A stretch of DNA of 64,000 bases from a virus (IMGVR_UViG_3300035704_000001:64001-128000), one strand, 5' to 3'. Shown: positions 35,961-46,519, counted from the stretch's first letter. Translations and numbers: made by a program. Notes: generated by a model not told the origin, from the sequence alone.

Positions 35961-36482
35961 GTGAGATCAGCCTCCCACCGCTTCAGCAACGAGCTGCGGT
36001 ACCGCAGGGACCTCGACGACGGCCAGGCCCAGCTCACGCCGTCCTACGTGCTCGACGCGGTGCGCGCCGCGCTGGGCGGGACGATCGGGCTGGACCCCTG
36101 CACCGAGCCGGGTAACCCGGCCGGGGCGGAGCGGTTCTACTGCCCGCCGGCTGACGGGGCCTGCGAGCCCTGGGACGCGGACTCGATCTTCGTCAACCCG
36201 CCGTACAGCCGGGCTCGCGAGCCGTGGGTGCGCCGGTGCATGCAGGCCGGGCTGGCCGGCAGCAAGGTGGTGCTGCTCATCCCGGCGGCCACCGACACCC
36301 GCATCTTCCAGGATGCCCTGTCCACCGCGAGCGAGGTGCTGTTCCTGCGCGGCCGGGTCAAGTTCGGCATCCCGCGCGCCAACGGCCGCCAGGCCGCGGC
36401 CAGCCACCCGTCTGCGCTGATCGGCTGGGGCGCTGACCTGGAGCTGGCCCGGCCGCTGGGCTACCTGCTCAAGACGAGGTAG
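35961..36482 (+). CDS. phage DNA N6-adenine methyltransferase (Dam-like)
   Basis: TP...LDPC...DG...W...FVNPPYS...LLIPAATDT...FLRGRVKF. Confidence 0.88.
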   Translation: MRSASHRFSNELRYRRDLDDGQAQLTPSYVLDAVRAALGGTIGLDPCTEPGNPAGAERFYCPPADGACEPWDADSIFVNPPYSRAREPWVRRCMQAGLAGSKVVLLIPAATDTRIFQDALSTASEVLFLRGRVKFGIPRANGRQAAASHPSALIGWGADLELARPLGYLLKTR

Positions 36483-36502
36483 CGCAGGACGATTCTCCCG
36501 GG

Positions 36503-38140
36503 GTGACCACACCCGGAGGCGGGCAGGGCGTCCCGTACACCTCCAGCGTCCAGCCGCCGGGCGGCATGGGCGTGACGAGCCAGGGCTTCGGGCAGGAGGG
36601 CTATCTCCTGGCGCAGGACCAGGAGCTGCCCAAGCCGCCGCCGGAGGCGCTGGACTTCGCGGTCGGCGTCCCGTACTTCCTCCCGTTCAGCGTCCCGTAC
36701 CGGGACAGCTGGGAGGTGTTCCGCGATGACCCGATCTCGGTCCGCCAGCTGGTCACCATGCGCCGCCGCGATGGCCAGGCCCGGGCGCTGTACCGGCTGC
36801 TGACCAAGCCGCTGCTGGCCGCGATGGCCAACGCCGACGTGGTGCCGGCCGACGGCGTGGAAGGCGGGCTGGAGGAGGCCAGGTTCTGCAAGGAGCTGTT
36901 GTTCGCGCCCAAGCAGATGGGCGGGATGACCCACTCGTTCAGCCGGTTCCTCAAGCAGATGCTGCTGGCATTGTTCAATGGCTTCTCCGCGTGGGAAATG
37001 GTCTACCACGTCCCGACCAAGGGGCCGAATAAGGGCAAGATCACCCTGCGGAAGATGGACTGGCGCCCGGCCGAGACGCTGACATTCCTGCTGGACGGCC
37101 AGGGGGAATTCAACGGCTTCCGGCAAAGGACCTTCTTTCAGGGGAGGACCATTGATGTCAAGATCCCCCGGGAGACCGCGCTCTATTACGCGCACGAGGA
37201 GGCCGAGCGGCCTTTCTATGGCGTGTCCATGTTCGAGTCGGCCTTCTATCACTACGACAAGAAGGAGAAGCTGTACTACATTGCCCACCTGGCGGCGCAG
37301 CGGGCTGCCTGCGGCCTGCGGGTGGGCACCATGGTGCCGAACGCCCCGGCCGAGGACAAGAACAACTTCGTCAAGGCGCTGAGCCAGCTGGGCCTCGCCC
37401 AGTGGATCGCGCTGCCCACCGCGGACTGGACCGTCGAGACGCTGAACGAGTCGGCGAGCCGCTTCGACTTCCTGGGCCTGATTAACCATCACAATTCGCA
37501 GATGTCCAAGTCGGTGCTCGCGCAGTGGTTCGATGACTCTCAGGGCGGCGGCGGCGGCGACTCCACTCTCGTTGATTTCGGGAAGCAGGATGACGTCACG
37601 TTCTTCCTGATGCTGGAAGGCATCCTGGAGGAAATGGCCGAGATCATCAACACGCATGTCTTCCCGCGATTCGTGGACTGGAATTTCGGCAGCGAGAAGT
37701 ACCCCGAATTCAAGTGGGGGCCGCTCACCGAAGAGGCCAAGGCGGCTATCCAGGACACGTTCGACAAGCTGGCCGCCGCCGGGCAGCAGGCCAACGTCAC
37801 GCCGGAGTTCATGCTGGAGCTGGAGGAGCGGCTGGCGCAGGACTTCGGGTTCGCCATCGACTACGACAAGATCAAGGCCCAGCGGGAGAAGCAGCAGCGG
37901 CTCATGCAGCAGCAGATGGCCGCGCAGACCCAGGCGATGCAGCAGCAGCCGCAGCCCGGCGCCGCGGGAGCCGGCGCAGCCGCCGGGCAGCCGCCGGCGC
38001 CTCCGCCGCCCGCTCCCTTCCCGCCCGCCGGGTTCGGCCCGCCGGGCAGTGACGGCCCGCCCGCCAGGCCCGCCGGGGGTCCCGGGCTGGGCGGCGGCCG
38101 CGGAGCCGGCCCGCCCGGGCTGCAGGGGCGCGGATCGTGA
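36503..38140 (+). CDS. portal protein (DUF935 / Mu gp29-like)
   Basis: GFSAWEMVY, PFYG.SM, INHHNSQMSKSVL, VDWNF; position in the head module. Confidence 0.85.
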   Translation: MTTPGGGQGVPYTSSVQPPGGMGVTSQGFGQEGYLLAQDQELPKPPPEALDFAVGVPYFLPFSVPYRDSWEVFRDDPISVRQLVTMRRRDGQARALYRLLTKPLLAAMANADVVPADGVEGGLEEARFCKELLFAPKQMGGMTHSFSRFLKQMLLALFNGFSAWEMVYHVPTKGPNKGKITLRKMDWRPAETLTFLLDGQGEFNGFRQRTFFQGRTIDVKIPRETALYYAHEEAERPFYGVSMFESAFYHYDKKEKLYYIAHLAAQRAACGLRVGTMVPNAPAEDKNNFVKALSQLGLAQWIALPTADWTVETLNESASRFDFLGLINHHNSQMSKSVLAQWFDDSQGGGGGDSTLVDFGKQDDVTFFLMLEGILEEMAEIINTHVFPRFVDWNFGSEKYPEFKWGPLTEEAKAAIQDTFDKLAAAGQQANVTPEFMLELEERLAQDFGFAIDYDKIKAQREKQQRLMQQQMAAQTQAMQQQPQPGAAGAGAAAGQPPAPPPPAPFPPAGFGPPGSDGPPARPAGGPGLGGGRGAGPPGLQGRGS

Positions 38141-38892
38141 GCGCCGGGGATGACCTGATGCGGCTGGCCTCGGACCTGGTGGACGAGATCGCGGCCGCGC
38201 GGCTGCTCGCGCTGGCCCAGCAGGCCAGCGGGGGCGGGGGTAACGTGCAGGCAGCGGGTACCGGCTCTGCCCAGCCCGCCCCGGTCCCCCAGCCGATGCC
38301 CCGGCCGCGCCGGGGAGCCGGGGCGGTGCACCCGCAGCTGGGCTGGCACCTGGTCACGATGCCGGGCGACTCGATCTCCGGCCACGCCTACCGGCACCTG
38401 ACGCAGCCCCTCGGCCCGCCCCCGGGCCGATCAGCCGGGGGTGGAAGCGCACAGCAGGCCGGGCAGCCGGGACCTGACCCAGCGGGCACCGTACCCCAGC
38501 GTGCTGGAAAGCCTCGTCCGCGAGGCAAGTTACCGGCCCGGCTGGAAGCTGATCCTGTCCGAGATGGACCGCGGGCAGGGCAGCGGTGGCCTGACCCTGG
38601 ACATCATCACCAAGGGGCACGACAGCTATCACCCCGAGCTGGGCACGAATTACTGCGTGCATCACTACTTCCCGGTCCCGCCGGCGGCCTACAACGAGCG
38701 GTCCTGGACGCACTGGATCTTCGAGTGCCTGGTGAACGTCGAGAAGCACGAGGCTATGGAGTTCTTCCGCCTCGGCGGCAAGCCTGTCTACCCGCCCGCC
38801 CACGGGCCCGGCAACGATCCCTACCTGGTGCTCATCTACGGAGAAGATCTCGACCGGCGCACCCGGTTCACCGGCGAGATCAACCCGGGTGA
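38137..38892 (+). CDS. hypothetical protein (true 3' end probably near 38430-38532)
   Basis: GTGA coupling to portal; runs 452 nt into the next gene unless the TTA at 38530 terminates it. Confidence 0.45.
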   Translation: MSAGDDLMRLASDLVDEIAAARLLALAQQASGGGGNVQAAGTGSAQPAPVPQPMPRPRRGAGAVHPQLGWHLVTMPGDSISGHAYRHLTQPLGPPPGRSAGGGSAQQAGQPGPDPAGTVPQRAGKPRPRGKLPARLEADPVRDGPRAGQRWPDPGHHHQGARQLSPRAGHELLRASLLPGPAGGLQRAVLDALDLRVPGERREARGYGVLPPRRQACLPARPRARQRSLPGAHLRRRSRPAHPVHRRDQPG

Positions 38893-39061
38893 CTTAGCAT
38901 GGCCACGTCCGGGCTGGGCAGGCAGCTCGGGGCTGCGATCACCGCTCCGATGGGGGAGCTGGCCGAGTACCTGGCGCTCATCACCAAGGCGAACCCGCGT
39001 GGTTCAGCGGCTGCCCTGCTGGCACGGCCGGACGTGGCTGCCATGCTGCATGAAGCGCTGA
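38441..39061 (+). CDS. hypothetical protein (coding-like to 38893, then TTA)
   Basis: GTG 13 nt after the class B motif; HEAMEFF...PAHGPGNDPY. Confidence 0.75.
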   Translation: MEAHSRPGSRDLTQRAPYPSVLESLVREASYRPGWKLILSEMDRGQGSGGLTLDIITKGHDSYHPELGTNYCVHHYFPVPPAAYNERSWTHWIFECLVNVEKHEAMEFFRLGGKPVYPPAHGPGNDPYLVLIYGEDLDRRTRFTGEINPGDLAWPRPGWAGSSGLRSPLRWGSWPSTWRSSPRRTRVVQRLPCWHGRTWLPCCMKR

Positions 39062-39927
39062 GCGAGGGGCACGAAGCCGCAGTGACCTACATCGAGCAGG
39101 GCTGGCTGGCATCCGGGGCGGACCCGGGAGACCCGGTGCACGCCCGGCTCCAGGAAGACGCCGCGCGGCTGTTCGGCACGCCGGGCCCGCTGCGCGACCT
39201 CATCGCCCGGGCTCACGCCTCGGTGCCGCGCCGGGAGTTCGAGCCCGGCCGCGACGAGCCCGGTACCAACCCGGGCAGGGACGCCGCTGAGCGCCGCGCT
39301 GCGGCCGTGGCGGCCGCGCTGACCGGATGGGGCCGCCAGGCCGCCCAGCGGGCCCGTATGGCGCTGGGAGCGGCGGAGGGGATGGGCAGGACCGCCGCGG
39401 CCATCGAGAGCGCTCAGCTGTACTCCGAGGGCGTGCGCAAGCGCTGGGAGCGGAACCCCGCCTCGGCTTCCTGCATCTGGTGCCGCCGGCTCGACGGGGT
39501 GACCATCGACCTGGGCGACTCGTTCGCCCCGTACCTGGGCGGGCCGGTGGCCACGCCGGCCTCCGGAGCCCGCCGGGTGGCCACCGATGCCGGCGCCGCC
39601 AGGTACAAGCTCCCGGTCGGCGCGGCCATCATCCTCACTCACCCGCCCCGGCTGTACCATGGCGGCTTGCAGGGACCGCTGCTGCACCCGGAGTGCGAGT
39701 GCAAACTGCGGATCGTCCGCACCCCGGGCGGCGTACCATCAGGGAGCGGCCAGGGCGGCCTACCGGCCGGCGGCGAATCCCCCGCTCCCAAAGTCGCCGG
39801 CGGCTTCCTGGCCGCGTCAGATGTCCGCGCGATGCCGGAGGACCAGTACCGGGCGGGGCTGGCCCTGCTGCGCGCGGCGGTACGGGGCATGGACACCGCG
39901 ATGCGAGGGCTGGCAGAAGGGCGGTAG
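38899..39927 (+). CDS. MuF-like minor head protein
   Basis: KRW...CIWCRRLDG...P.LHPECEC. Confidence 0.75.
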   Translation: MATSGLGRQLGAAITAPMGELAEYLALITKANPRGSAAALLARPDVAAMLHEALSEGHEAAVTYIEQGWLASGADPGDPVHARLQEDAARLFGTPGPLRDLIARAHASVPRREFEPGRDEPGTNPGRDAAERRAAAVAAALTGWGRQAAQRARMALGAAEGMGRTAAAIESAQLYSEGVRKRWERNPASASCIWCRRLDGVTIDLGDSFAPYLGGPVATPASGARRVATDAGAARYKLPVGAAIILTHPPRLYHGGLQGPLLHPECECKLRIVRTPGGVPSGSGQGGLPAGGESPAPKVAGGFLAASDVRAMPEDQYRAGLALLRAAVRGMDTAMRGLAEGR

Positions 39928-39930
39928 GCC

Positions 39931-40257
39931 GTGGACGCTGACCTGCCGGAGGCTCCGGCAGGGTCGAACACCCTGCGCTATTTCTCGGAGGAGCTGGCGG
40001 CTTACGCGCTGGCTGTCGTCTTGCTGTGGGAGTACTCCCGCAGCCACCCGCGCGAGGAGTTCGTGTTCGGCCCGCACAACCTCGCGGCGGCCAGGGCCGG
40101 CGGGCTGGTGCTGTCCGGGCCCGACCTGACGGGCCCGGCCCGGGTGCTGGCCGAGGTCGAGGGGCTGGCCCTGCACGAGCCCGGGACCGAGGAGGCGGCA
40201 GCAGCCCGATTATCCGGCCGTGGACGGCTGGGTGGTGCGGGAGTGCTTCGTCGATGA
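39931..40257 (+). CDS. hypothetical protein (coding-like to 40209, then TTA)
   Basis: Codon usage; position between genes. Confidence 0.6.
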   Translation: MDADLPEAPAGSNTLRYFSEELAAYALAVVLLWEYSRSHPREEFVFGPHNLAAARAGGLVLSGPDLTGPARVLAEVEGLALHEPGTEEAAAARLSGRGRLGGAGVLRR

Positions 40258-41998
40258 GGTAGCGGCGTTTGCCGGTACCGGCGCGGCCACGCGCGACGTC
40301 AGCCAGTACCAGCGCACTGACCCGCGGACCGGGCGCCCCGAGGTCGTGCACCAGTACCGGGCCGGCGTCAAGCCCGGGGCCAAGCTGGGCGCCCCCACTG
40401 CCCCGGCCCGCGAGTGGTGGGATGCCCCGGCCAACTGGTGGATTCCCCACCCGGACTGGGAGAAGGGCCAGCAGGAGTGGATCACCGCCGGGGAGAAGGC
40501 CTGGCTCGACAAGGGGCAGGCGGCCAGCGCCCGGAGCAAGGCCCAGCGGGCCGCGAAGGATGCCGGCGGGGCCGCCCAGGACGCCACGGCGCTGGAGCAC
40601 GGCTACGAGCGCCCCGACCCGTCCCGGCACCTGCGCGAGCGGGGCACCTACAAGAACCCGGCCGACCACCCGTTCTTCAAGCGCAACCAGCTGAGTCACG
40701 AGAACATCGTCAAGGCCTACGACGACACCACGCCGGCGGAGAAGGAGCAGGGCGGCCGCTGGTACGAGGACGGCCACCGGCTGGCCTGGGCGCTGGGCGG
40801 CGGTGACGCGGCCAAGGGCGCCGCGGTGCTGTCCGCCTACTCCCCGCGGACCGGCTGGCCGCTGAACATCTTCAACGCCGCCCGGTCGCTGCACTCCGGC
40901 CGCGCGCTCGGGCCCGGCGAGGGCGTCATCATGGGCTCGGCCCAGCGCAGTGCCCAGCGCATCATCGACGGCGAGCACCCCGACGACGTGCTGCAGGCGC
41001 CGAAGACCAACGCGTTCGGCCGGCTGCTGGCGCTGGGCGGCGACCACCCCGAGGACACCATGGGCCAGGTGGTGGTCGACCGGCATGCCCTGTCGGTGGC
41101 GGCCGGGCGCCGGCTGACCAAGGGCGACACCGAGGGCAAGGGCGAGTTCAGCAGCCCGATCGGCAAGGAGCCGTTCTACGGCCACGTCGCGGACATGTAC
41201 CGCGAGGCCGCCCGGATGATCTCCGAGCGGGACGGCGAGGAGATCGCGCCGCACCAGCTGCAGGCCATCACCTGGCTGCGGCAGCAGCGGGTCAACGACG
41301 CGGCGGACGTGGCTGCGGCCGAGGCCGGGGCCAAGAACAAGTCCAAGGGCCTGCTCACCGCGATGCGCAACCACTGGTCGCAGTGGCAGTCTTACGCCCG
41401 GCAGCACGGGCTGCGCACCGAGCTGGGCACCACCGCGCTGCCGCCGGTGCCCATCACCGCGGCCGAGGCCCGGGGCAACTCCCGGCCGGTCACCGCGTCG
41501 GAGTTCCACCAGGTGGCCAGCCAGGGCCGGGACCTGGTGAACCAGATGGAAGACAATCGCTCGGAGATTAGCGGGCTGACCGGCAACTGGGACGCCATCC
41601 GGACCCAGGCGTTCGAGGCCGCGCAGCAGTCCTGGGGCGGGGTGACCATCGACGCGCGCACCGGGGAGATGGTGCCGGAGGGAGCGGACAAGTTCGCCAT
41701 CTCGGCCAAGCCGCCGGGGGTGCGCTCCATCTCGGTGCCCGAGGGCGGTACCGAGGCCGAGTTCGACGCGGCCATGGACCAGGCGCTGCAGAAGTTCGGC
41801 CCGCTGCTGGAGCAGGACAAGTACCACCTGGGCATCTTCCACGACGACGAGAACCACCGGATCGACATCGACCCCGTGATGGTCGTGGACAAGCAGGAGG
41901 ATGCTGAGGCCATCGGCGCCTACACGCACAACATCGGCGGTGCTTACAGCTTCAAGGACGGGAACGGCTACTGGCCGCCGCACATCGCCGACCAGTGA
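40220..41998 (+). CDS. multi-domain protein with a DUF7178-like (HhH-GPD glycosylase-related) core
   Basis: GRWY, SAYSPR..W..N, KTNAF, VVVDRHA, QLQAITW. Confidence 0.65.
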   Translation: MDGWVVRECFVDEVAAFAGTGAATRDVSQYQRTDPRTGRPEVVHQYRAGVKPGAKLGAPTAPAREWWDAPANWWIPHPDWEKGQQEWITAGEKAWLDKGQAASARSKAQRAAKDAGGAAQDATALEHGYERPDPSRHLRERGTYKNPADHPFFKRNQLSHENIVKAYDDTTPAEKEQGGRWYEDGHRLAWALGGGDAAKGAAVLSAYSPRTGWPLNIFNAARSLHSGRALGPGEGVIMGSAQRSAQRIIDGEHPDDVLQAPKTNAFGRLLALGGDHPEDTMGQVVVDRHALSVAAGRRLTKGDTEGKGEFSSPIGKEPFYGHVADMYREAARMISERDGEEIAPHQLQAITWLRQQRVNDAADVAAAEAGAKNKSKGLLTAMRNHWSQWQSYARQHGLRTELGTTALPPVPITAAEARGNSRPVTASEFHQVASQGRDLVNQMEDNRSEISGLTGNWDAIRTQAFEAAQQSWGGVTIDARTGEMVPEGADKFAISAKPPGVRSISVPEGGTEAEFDAAMDQALQKFGPLLEQDKYHLGIFHDDENHRIDIDPVMVVDKQEDAEAIGAYTHNIGGAYSFKDGNGYWPPHIADQ

Positions 41999-42025
41999 TA
42001 CACTTGACCCGAGTCAGGAGGTCGC

Positions 42026-42394
42026 ATGGACGCGAAGACGCAGGGATTCAAGGGCCCGGGGCAGTGGCGGACGCAGGCGGAGGACGCGCGCCCGGCTACC
42101 GTCTTCGCTGACCTGGCCGACATCGCCCGGCGGCTGCAGGACAAGGGCCTGGGCGATGCGCAGCAGGCCGTGCACCGGGGCGAGGCCGCGCTGCAGGGCG
42201 AGGACCAGGAGACCGGGGCCGCCGAACTCCGGGCAGCGGCCCGGCTGTGCCAGGCCCAGGCGCCCGGCTACGCGGCCGGCCTGCGGGACATCGCCGAGCG
42301 GCTGAGCGCCGGGGCCCCCGCGCAGGCCGGCCCGGTGAAGAGCGCCCCGGACAAGGCGGATACCTCCGAGCACCTGGACGTCCACCCCGACTAG
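42026..42394 (+). CDS. hypothetical protein
   Basis: RBS AGGAGG. Confidence 0.7.
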   Translation: MDAKTQGFKGPGQWRTQAEDARPATVFADLADIARRLQDKGLGDAQQAVHRGEAALQGEDQETGAAELRAAARLCQAQAPGYAAGLRDIAERLSAGAPAQAGPVKSAPDKADTSEHLDVHPD

Positions 42395-42427
42395 CCCTCC
42401 TGTCCCGGGCATCCGATTGCCCGGGAC

Positions 42428-43552
42428 ATGGGCGACGAGTGCTACATCATCCCGAGCCCGGCCGGCTCGGGGACCTTCACTCCCGTTGACGAGGTGCCAG
42501 CCGCGCTGGCCCGTCAGCGCAAGGTGACAGGCAAGCTGTTCGAGAAGCACATCCTGAACTTCGGGCCGCTGATCCACCCCAAGACCGGCGGCACGATCAA
42601 CATCGACGACGCCTTCGTGCGCTCGATGCAGGATAACTTCGCCAAGGGCGTCTGCGACATCGTGCAGGTGCCGCTCGCCAACGACCAGAACGAGCACGTC
42701 GAGACGGCCTCGGCCAACCTCGGCGAGGTCGTCGGGATCAAGCAGCGGGGCGGCAAGGTCTATGCGCTGATCGACGCGCGCAAGGACGCTGACGCGTTCG
42801 GCAAGACCTACCTCGGCGCGTCCGCCTTCCTGAGCACGAACTACACCGACTCCTCCACCGGCACCAAGGCCGGTCCCACGCTGCTGCACGTAGCCGTGAC
42901 CAACCGGCCCTACGTCACGAACCTGGACGGCTACCGGGAGGTCATCGCGGCGTCCGCCGATAACACCGGCGAAGTCGTCGTACTGACCCCGCCGGAGGAG
43001 CCCGAGGTGCCACCGACCAAGGATGAGCTGCTGGCGCAGCTCAAGAAGGACCACGGCATCGACGTGGAGGCCCTGCAGGCAGCCGCCGCGGCGCCGCCAG
43101 CTCCCGACACCGCCGCGCTGTCCGCCGCGGTGGTCGAGGCCCTGAAGGGCGCCGGCGTGAAGCTGACCGCGGGCGAGGACGGCGCGCTGAAGCTGACCGA
43201 CGTCTCTGCTGCAGTGGTCGAGCTGGCCGCCGACAACAAGGGACTGCGGGACTCGGTGGATGGCCTGAAGCGCAAGGGCGCGGAGACCGAGGTGGACGCC
43301 TACATCGCCGCCGGGCGCCTGCTGCCCAAGACCCGGGAGACCGCGGTGGAGCTGGCGCTGTCCAACCGCAAGGGCCTGGACACCATCCTGGCTCCCGAGG
43401 ACGCGCCCTACGTGAAGCTCGCCACCCAGGAGGGCGTGGGCGGCAACGACGGCGAGCAGCGCCAGGAGCACGACATCGACGCGGAGGTGGCCCGGCTCTC
43501 GGCCGAGCACTCCCAGTTCTTCTCCCCCAACGGGACCAAGGCCCAGCGGTAA
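42428..43552 (+). CDS. capsid maturation protease/scaffold (Mu I-like)
   Basis: GPTLLHVAVTNRPYV followed by a helical scaffold region. Confidence 0.85.
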   Translation: MGDECYIIPSPAGSGTFTPVDEVPAALARQRKVTGKLFEKHILNFGPLIHPKTGGTINIDDAFVRSMQDNFAKGVCDIVQVPLANDQNEHVETASANLGEVVGIKQRGGKVYALIDARKDADAFGKTYLGASAFLSTNYTDSSTGTKAGPTLLHVAVTNRPYVTNLDGYREVIAASADNTGEVVVLTPPEEPEVPPTKDELLAQLKKDHGIDVEALQAAAAAPPAPDTAALSAAVVEALKGAGVKLTAGEDGALKLTDVSAAVVELAADNKGLRDSVDGLKRKGAETEVDAYIAAGRLLPKTRETAVELALSNRKGLDTILAPEDAPYVKLATQEGVGGNDGEQRQEHDIDAEVARLSAEHSQFFSPNGTKAQR

Positions 43553-43582
43553 CTAGCCCAGGCAGAGCGAGGAGCAGAGCCA

Positions 43583-44242
43583 ATGCCCGGTAACGACTCG
43601 GTGGAGTTTGACTACCCGCCCGGGTATCAGAAGCCGACGCACGGCTACGGCCAGGAGTTCGGTGATGAGTTCCATGCTCCGGCAGTCGCCGAACTCATGC
43701 TGTCGATGGCCGGGTACACCCAGCGCGGTGTCACCCTGGCCGCCGGGCAGGGCGTGCTCCCCACCGGGACGATCATCGCCCGGCACACCGCCTCGGGCCG
43801 GTACTTCGCGTACAACCCGGGAGCCACCGACGGCCGGGGCACGGCGCTGGGCGTGCTGCGCGACGCGCGGGACACCGGCGGGCCCGGCGCGGCCTCGCTG
43901 TCGGCCTACAACGCGGGCACTAACGGGGTCAACCCGGACGCCATCACCCTGGCCGGCGGGACCGCGGTGTTCCCGGCCAGCTCCGGCGGCAAGGTGGCCG
44001 GCGACGCGCTCGGCAACATGGTCATCCGCGGCATCCTCAACGCCAACGTGGTCTCCGGCGCGGACACCACCTCGCTGATCCCCAACACCAACGGGCTCGG
44101 CTCCGGCGCCGGCCAGGCCGTGGCGCAGCTGGGCGCGCGGGTCGTGCCGTTCGGGGCTCCCGTCGGCACCGCCGCGTTCCCCGGCGGCCCGATGGACGGC
44201 AACCCGGGTGCCATCACCGGCACGAACGCCTTCATCTTCTAG
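43583..44242 (+). CDS. head decoration protein
   Basis: VTLAAGQGVLPTGT...DG...ALGVL; between protease and capsid genes. Confidence 0.75.
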   Translation: MPGNDSVEFDYPPGYQKPTHGYGQEFGDEFHAPAVAELMLSMAGYTQRGVTLAAGQGVLPTGTIIARHTASGRYFAYNPGATDGRGTALGVLRDARDTGGPGAASLSAYNAGTNGVNPDAITLAGGTAVFPASSGGKVAGDALGNMVIRGILNANVVSGADTTSLIPNTNGLGSGAGQAVAQLGARVVPFGAPVGTAAFPGGPMDGNPGAITGTNAFIF

Positions 44243-44248
44243 CAGCGG

Positions 44249-44291
44249 GAGCCCCTGCCAGGGCGCGGACGAGACGCGCTGGCAGGGGCTC
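44249..44291 (+). terminator. strong hairpin
   Basis: GAGCCCCTGCCAG...CTGGCAGGGGCTC. Confidence 0.55.
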
Positions 44292-44443
44292 TGCCATGTC
44301 CGGGCCGATATGACCCGGTAACCGCCACAGGCGGCCAGGCCAGCCAGGTGGCTCCCCGAGAGGGAGCGGCGCAGGCCGGGCTCCGGGCACGGGGTCGCTG
44401 CCACAGCCAGACAACTGAGCGAGATAAGGGCGAGGAGTTTCCC

Positions 44444-45619
44444 GTGCCGGACATCAGCCTCCTGGAGCCGGTGGTGCTCAGGGGCGTCGTAGAGAAGTTC
44501 GTGACGCCCCAGACCCACGTGATGCTGAACAGGCTGGACCAGACCCCGTGGCCGTTCCCGTCGGCGACGTGGGACGTCATCAAGGGCTCCCGCGCGGTGG
44601 CCAAGCCGAACGTGCCGAACTCCGAGGCGCACATCATCGCCCGGCTCGGCCGGAGCCAGGAGTCGGCCAGCTTCATCTACCTGCGGGAGAAGAAGGTCTT
44701 CGAGCCGACCACCCTGCACTGGCTGCGGACGCCGGGCGAGATCGCCCGCATCAACGCCGAGCAGGCCGTCCTCCGCGAGATCAACGACCTCAACCAGCGC
44801 TTCGACAACTTCGCCGAGTGGTCTGCGTGGCAGGCCATGGGCGGCGGCATCACGTACAACTACGCGGACGTGACGGCGCAGGTCAACTACAAGTTCCCGG
44901 CCTCCCACTTCGTGGCGCCGGCCAACCCGTGGCTGGTCAACGCGGGCCTGACCACGCCGGGCGCGACCGGTGCCGCCACCGACCTGGGCGCGGCCAACAC
45001 CAACCTGGGTGCCGGCGGCACCCCGAGCTACGCCAACCCGGCCTCCATCCTGGAGGACGTCCGGTCCTGGAAGCGGATCATCCAGGTGCACGGCCGGGTG
45101 CCGGCCAAGGAAGTCTTCGCCACCTCGGTCACCATGGCCGCGCTGATGGAGGCCTGGACCCAGGCCACCTCCGGCGCCACCGTCAACATCCCGGCCACGA
45201 TGCTCAGCGACCGGATGAAGGACGAGTTCTACAGCTCCGGCATGATGAGCGGCTTCATGGGCCTGGTGTGGAACACGGTCGAGCAGGTGTACGAATCCGA
45301 CGCCGGGAACCTGACCTTCTTCGTGCCGGACGGCGTGCTCTACATGGGCAACTACACGGACCAGAGGCCGATGGAGCTGCTGATCGGCCCGACGGCCGAT
45401 GACGAGGCCCCGCAGGGCTTCACCGGCAAGTACGCGAAGACCTGGAAGGAGAAGGACCCCTCTGCCAGGCAGTACCTGCTGGAGTGGCACCTGCTCCCGA
45501 TCGTGACCCGGCCGGAGCAGATGCTCGTGGCGTCGGGCATCATCGCCTCCAACACCACGCCGACCTCGGGCAACCTTGGTTCCTACTACACCGGGCTCAA
45601 CCCGAACTGGAAGCAGTAA
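44444..45619 (+). CDS. major capsid protein (lambda gpE-like family)
   Basis: RBS GAGGAG; EW...QA..G.I; W.EKDPS...LP; position. Confidence 0.88.
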   Translation: MPDISLLEPVVLRGVVEKFVTPQTHVMLNRLDQTPWPFPSATWDVIKGSRAVAKPNVPNSEAHIIARLGRSQESASFIYLREKKVFEPTTLHWLRTPGEIARINAEQAVLREINDLNQRFDNFAEWSAWQAMGGGITYNYADVTAQVNYKFPASHFVAPANPWLVNAGLTTPGATGAATDLGAANTNLGAGGTPSYANPASILEDVRSWKRIIQVHGRVPAKEVFATSVTMAALMEAWTQATSGATVNIPATMLSDRMKDEFYSSGMMSGFMGLVWNTVEQVYESDAGNLTFFVPDGVLYMGNYTDQRPMELLIGPTADDEAPQGFTGKYAKTWKEKDPSARQYLLEWHLLPIVTRPEQMLVASGIIASNTTPTSGNLGSYYTGLNPNWKQ

Positions 45620-45838
45620 CCTGATACCGGGCGCGCTTCGAGTGCTCGGTCCAGGAAACACCGTTGAGGCCCCGTCCCCCGTGCGGGGCCTCCGGCGTAT
45701 GCTGGGCACGTCACTCGGCTGCTGTGTCTTTCCGTGGGCTACGGGAGGCCCGGCTACCAGGCGCCAGGGCCCGGCCCGTGCTTCTTCTCGGGGAGCACGG
45801 TACGGGCCTTTGCGCTGTGCCCGGACGATTGCCCCGCC

Positions 45839-46519
45839 ATGGCAGGACTGTCCGGTACCCAGCAGGTCGTCGACATCGTGGCCGCCTCGCGGCAGCTGGC
45901 TCCCTGGGAGGAGCCAGGCGAGCCCGAAGAGCCCCGTACCCAGGCGTGCGCGTTCGGCCACCCCAACCCGCCGGGCTCGCGGTTCTGCGCCGAGTGCGGG
46001 CTGTCGATGAACGCGCAGCTGGCCCCGGGAGCCGAGACGGCCCGGCCCAGGCCGGCTGCCGAGCTGACGGACGAGGAGCGGACCGAGCGGGAGCAGCAGC
46101 ACGCCGCCGCGATCACCGCGGCGGCGGCGTTCGAGCGGGCGCCTGAGGTGATCCTGCCGGCTGAGGGCGAGGCTGTCCTCATCCACTTCACCGAGGACGG
46201 GCTGACCGCGTTCGGCAAGGTCTGGTACCGGGGGCAGGAGCTGGCCATCGGCCCGGATCACCCGCGCTGGCCCGAGGCGGTCGGCTGGATCATGCTGGAC
46301 AAGGCCGGTCAGTTCGCCCGGTGGGGCAGGCAGTACTTCGACCACGGGCCCTGGCCGTTCCAGCGCAGCTACGTGGACCCGGCCGCGCATTACGAGGACA
46401 TGCGCACGGTCGGCGGGCAGGGGCAGATGTCCGCCGGCCCGTCGGAGGACGAGCTGCGGCGCGCGGACGAGGCCGAGGCGCGACGGGGCCGGGGCGTGCC
46501 TGCCCCGGTGCTGAGGTGA
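45839..46519 (+). CDS. zinc-ribbon hypothetical protein
   Basis: CAFGH.N...FCAECG; ATG 13 nt after the class B motif. Confidence 0.75.
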   Translation: MAGLSGTQQVVDIVAASRQLAPWEEPGEPEEPRTQACAFGHPNPPGSRFCAECGLSMNAQLAPGAETARPRPAAELTDEERTEREQQHAAAITAAAAFERAPEVILPAEGEAVLIHFTEDGLTAFGKVWYRGQELAIGPDHPRWPEAVGWIMLDKAGQFARWGRQYFDHGPWPFQRSYVDPAAHYEDMRTVGGQGQMSAGPSEDELRRADEAEARRGRGVPAPVLR

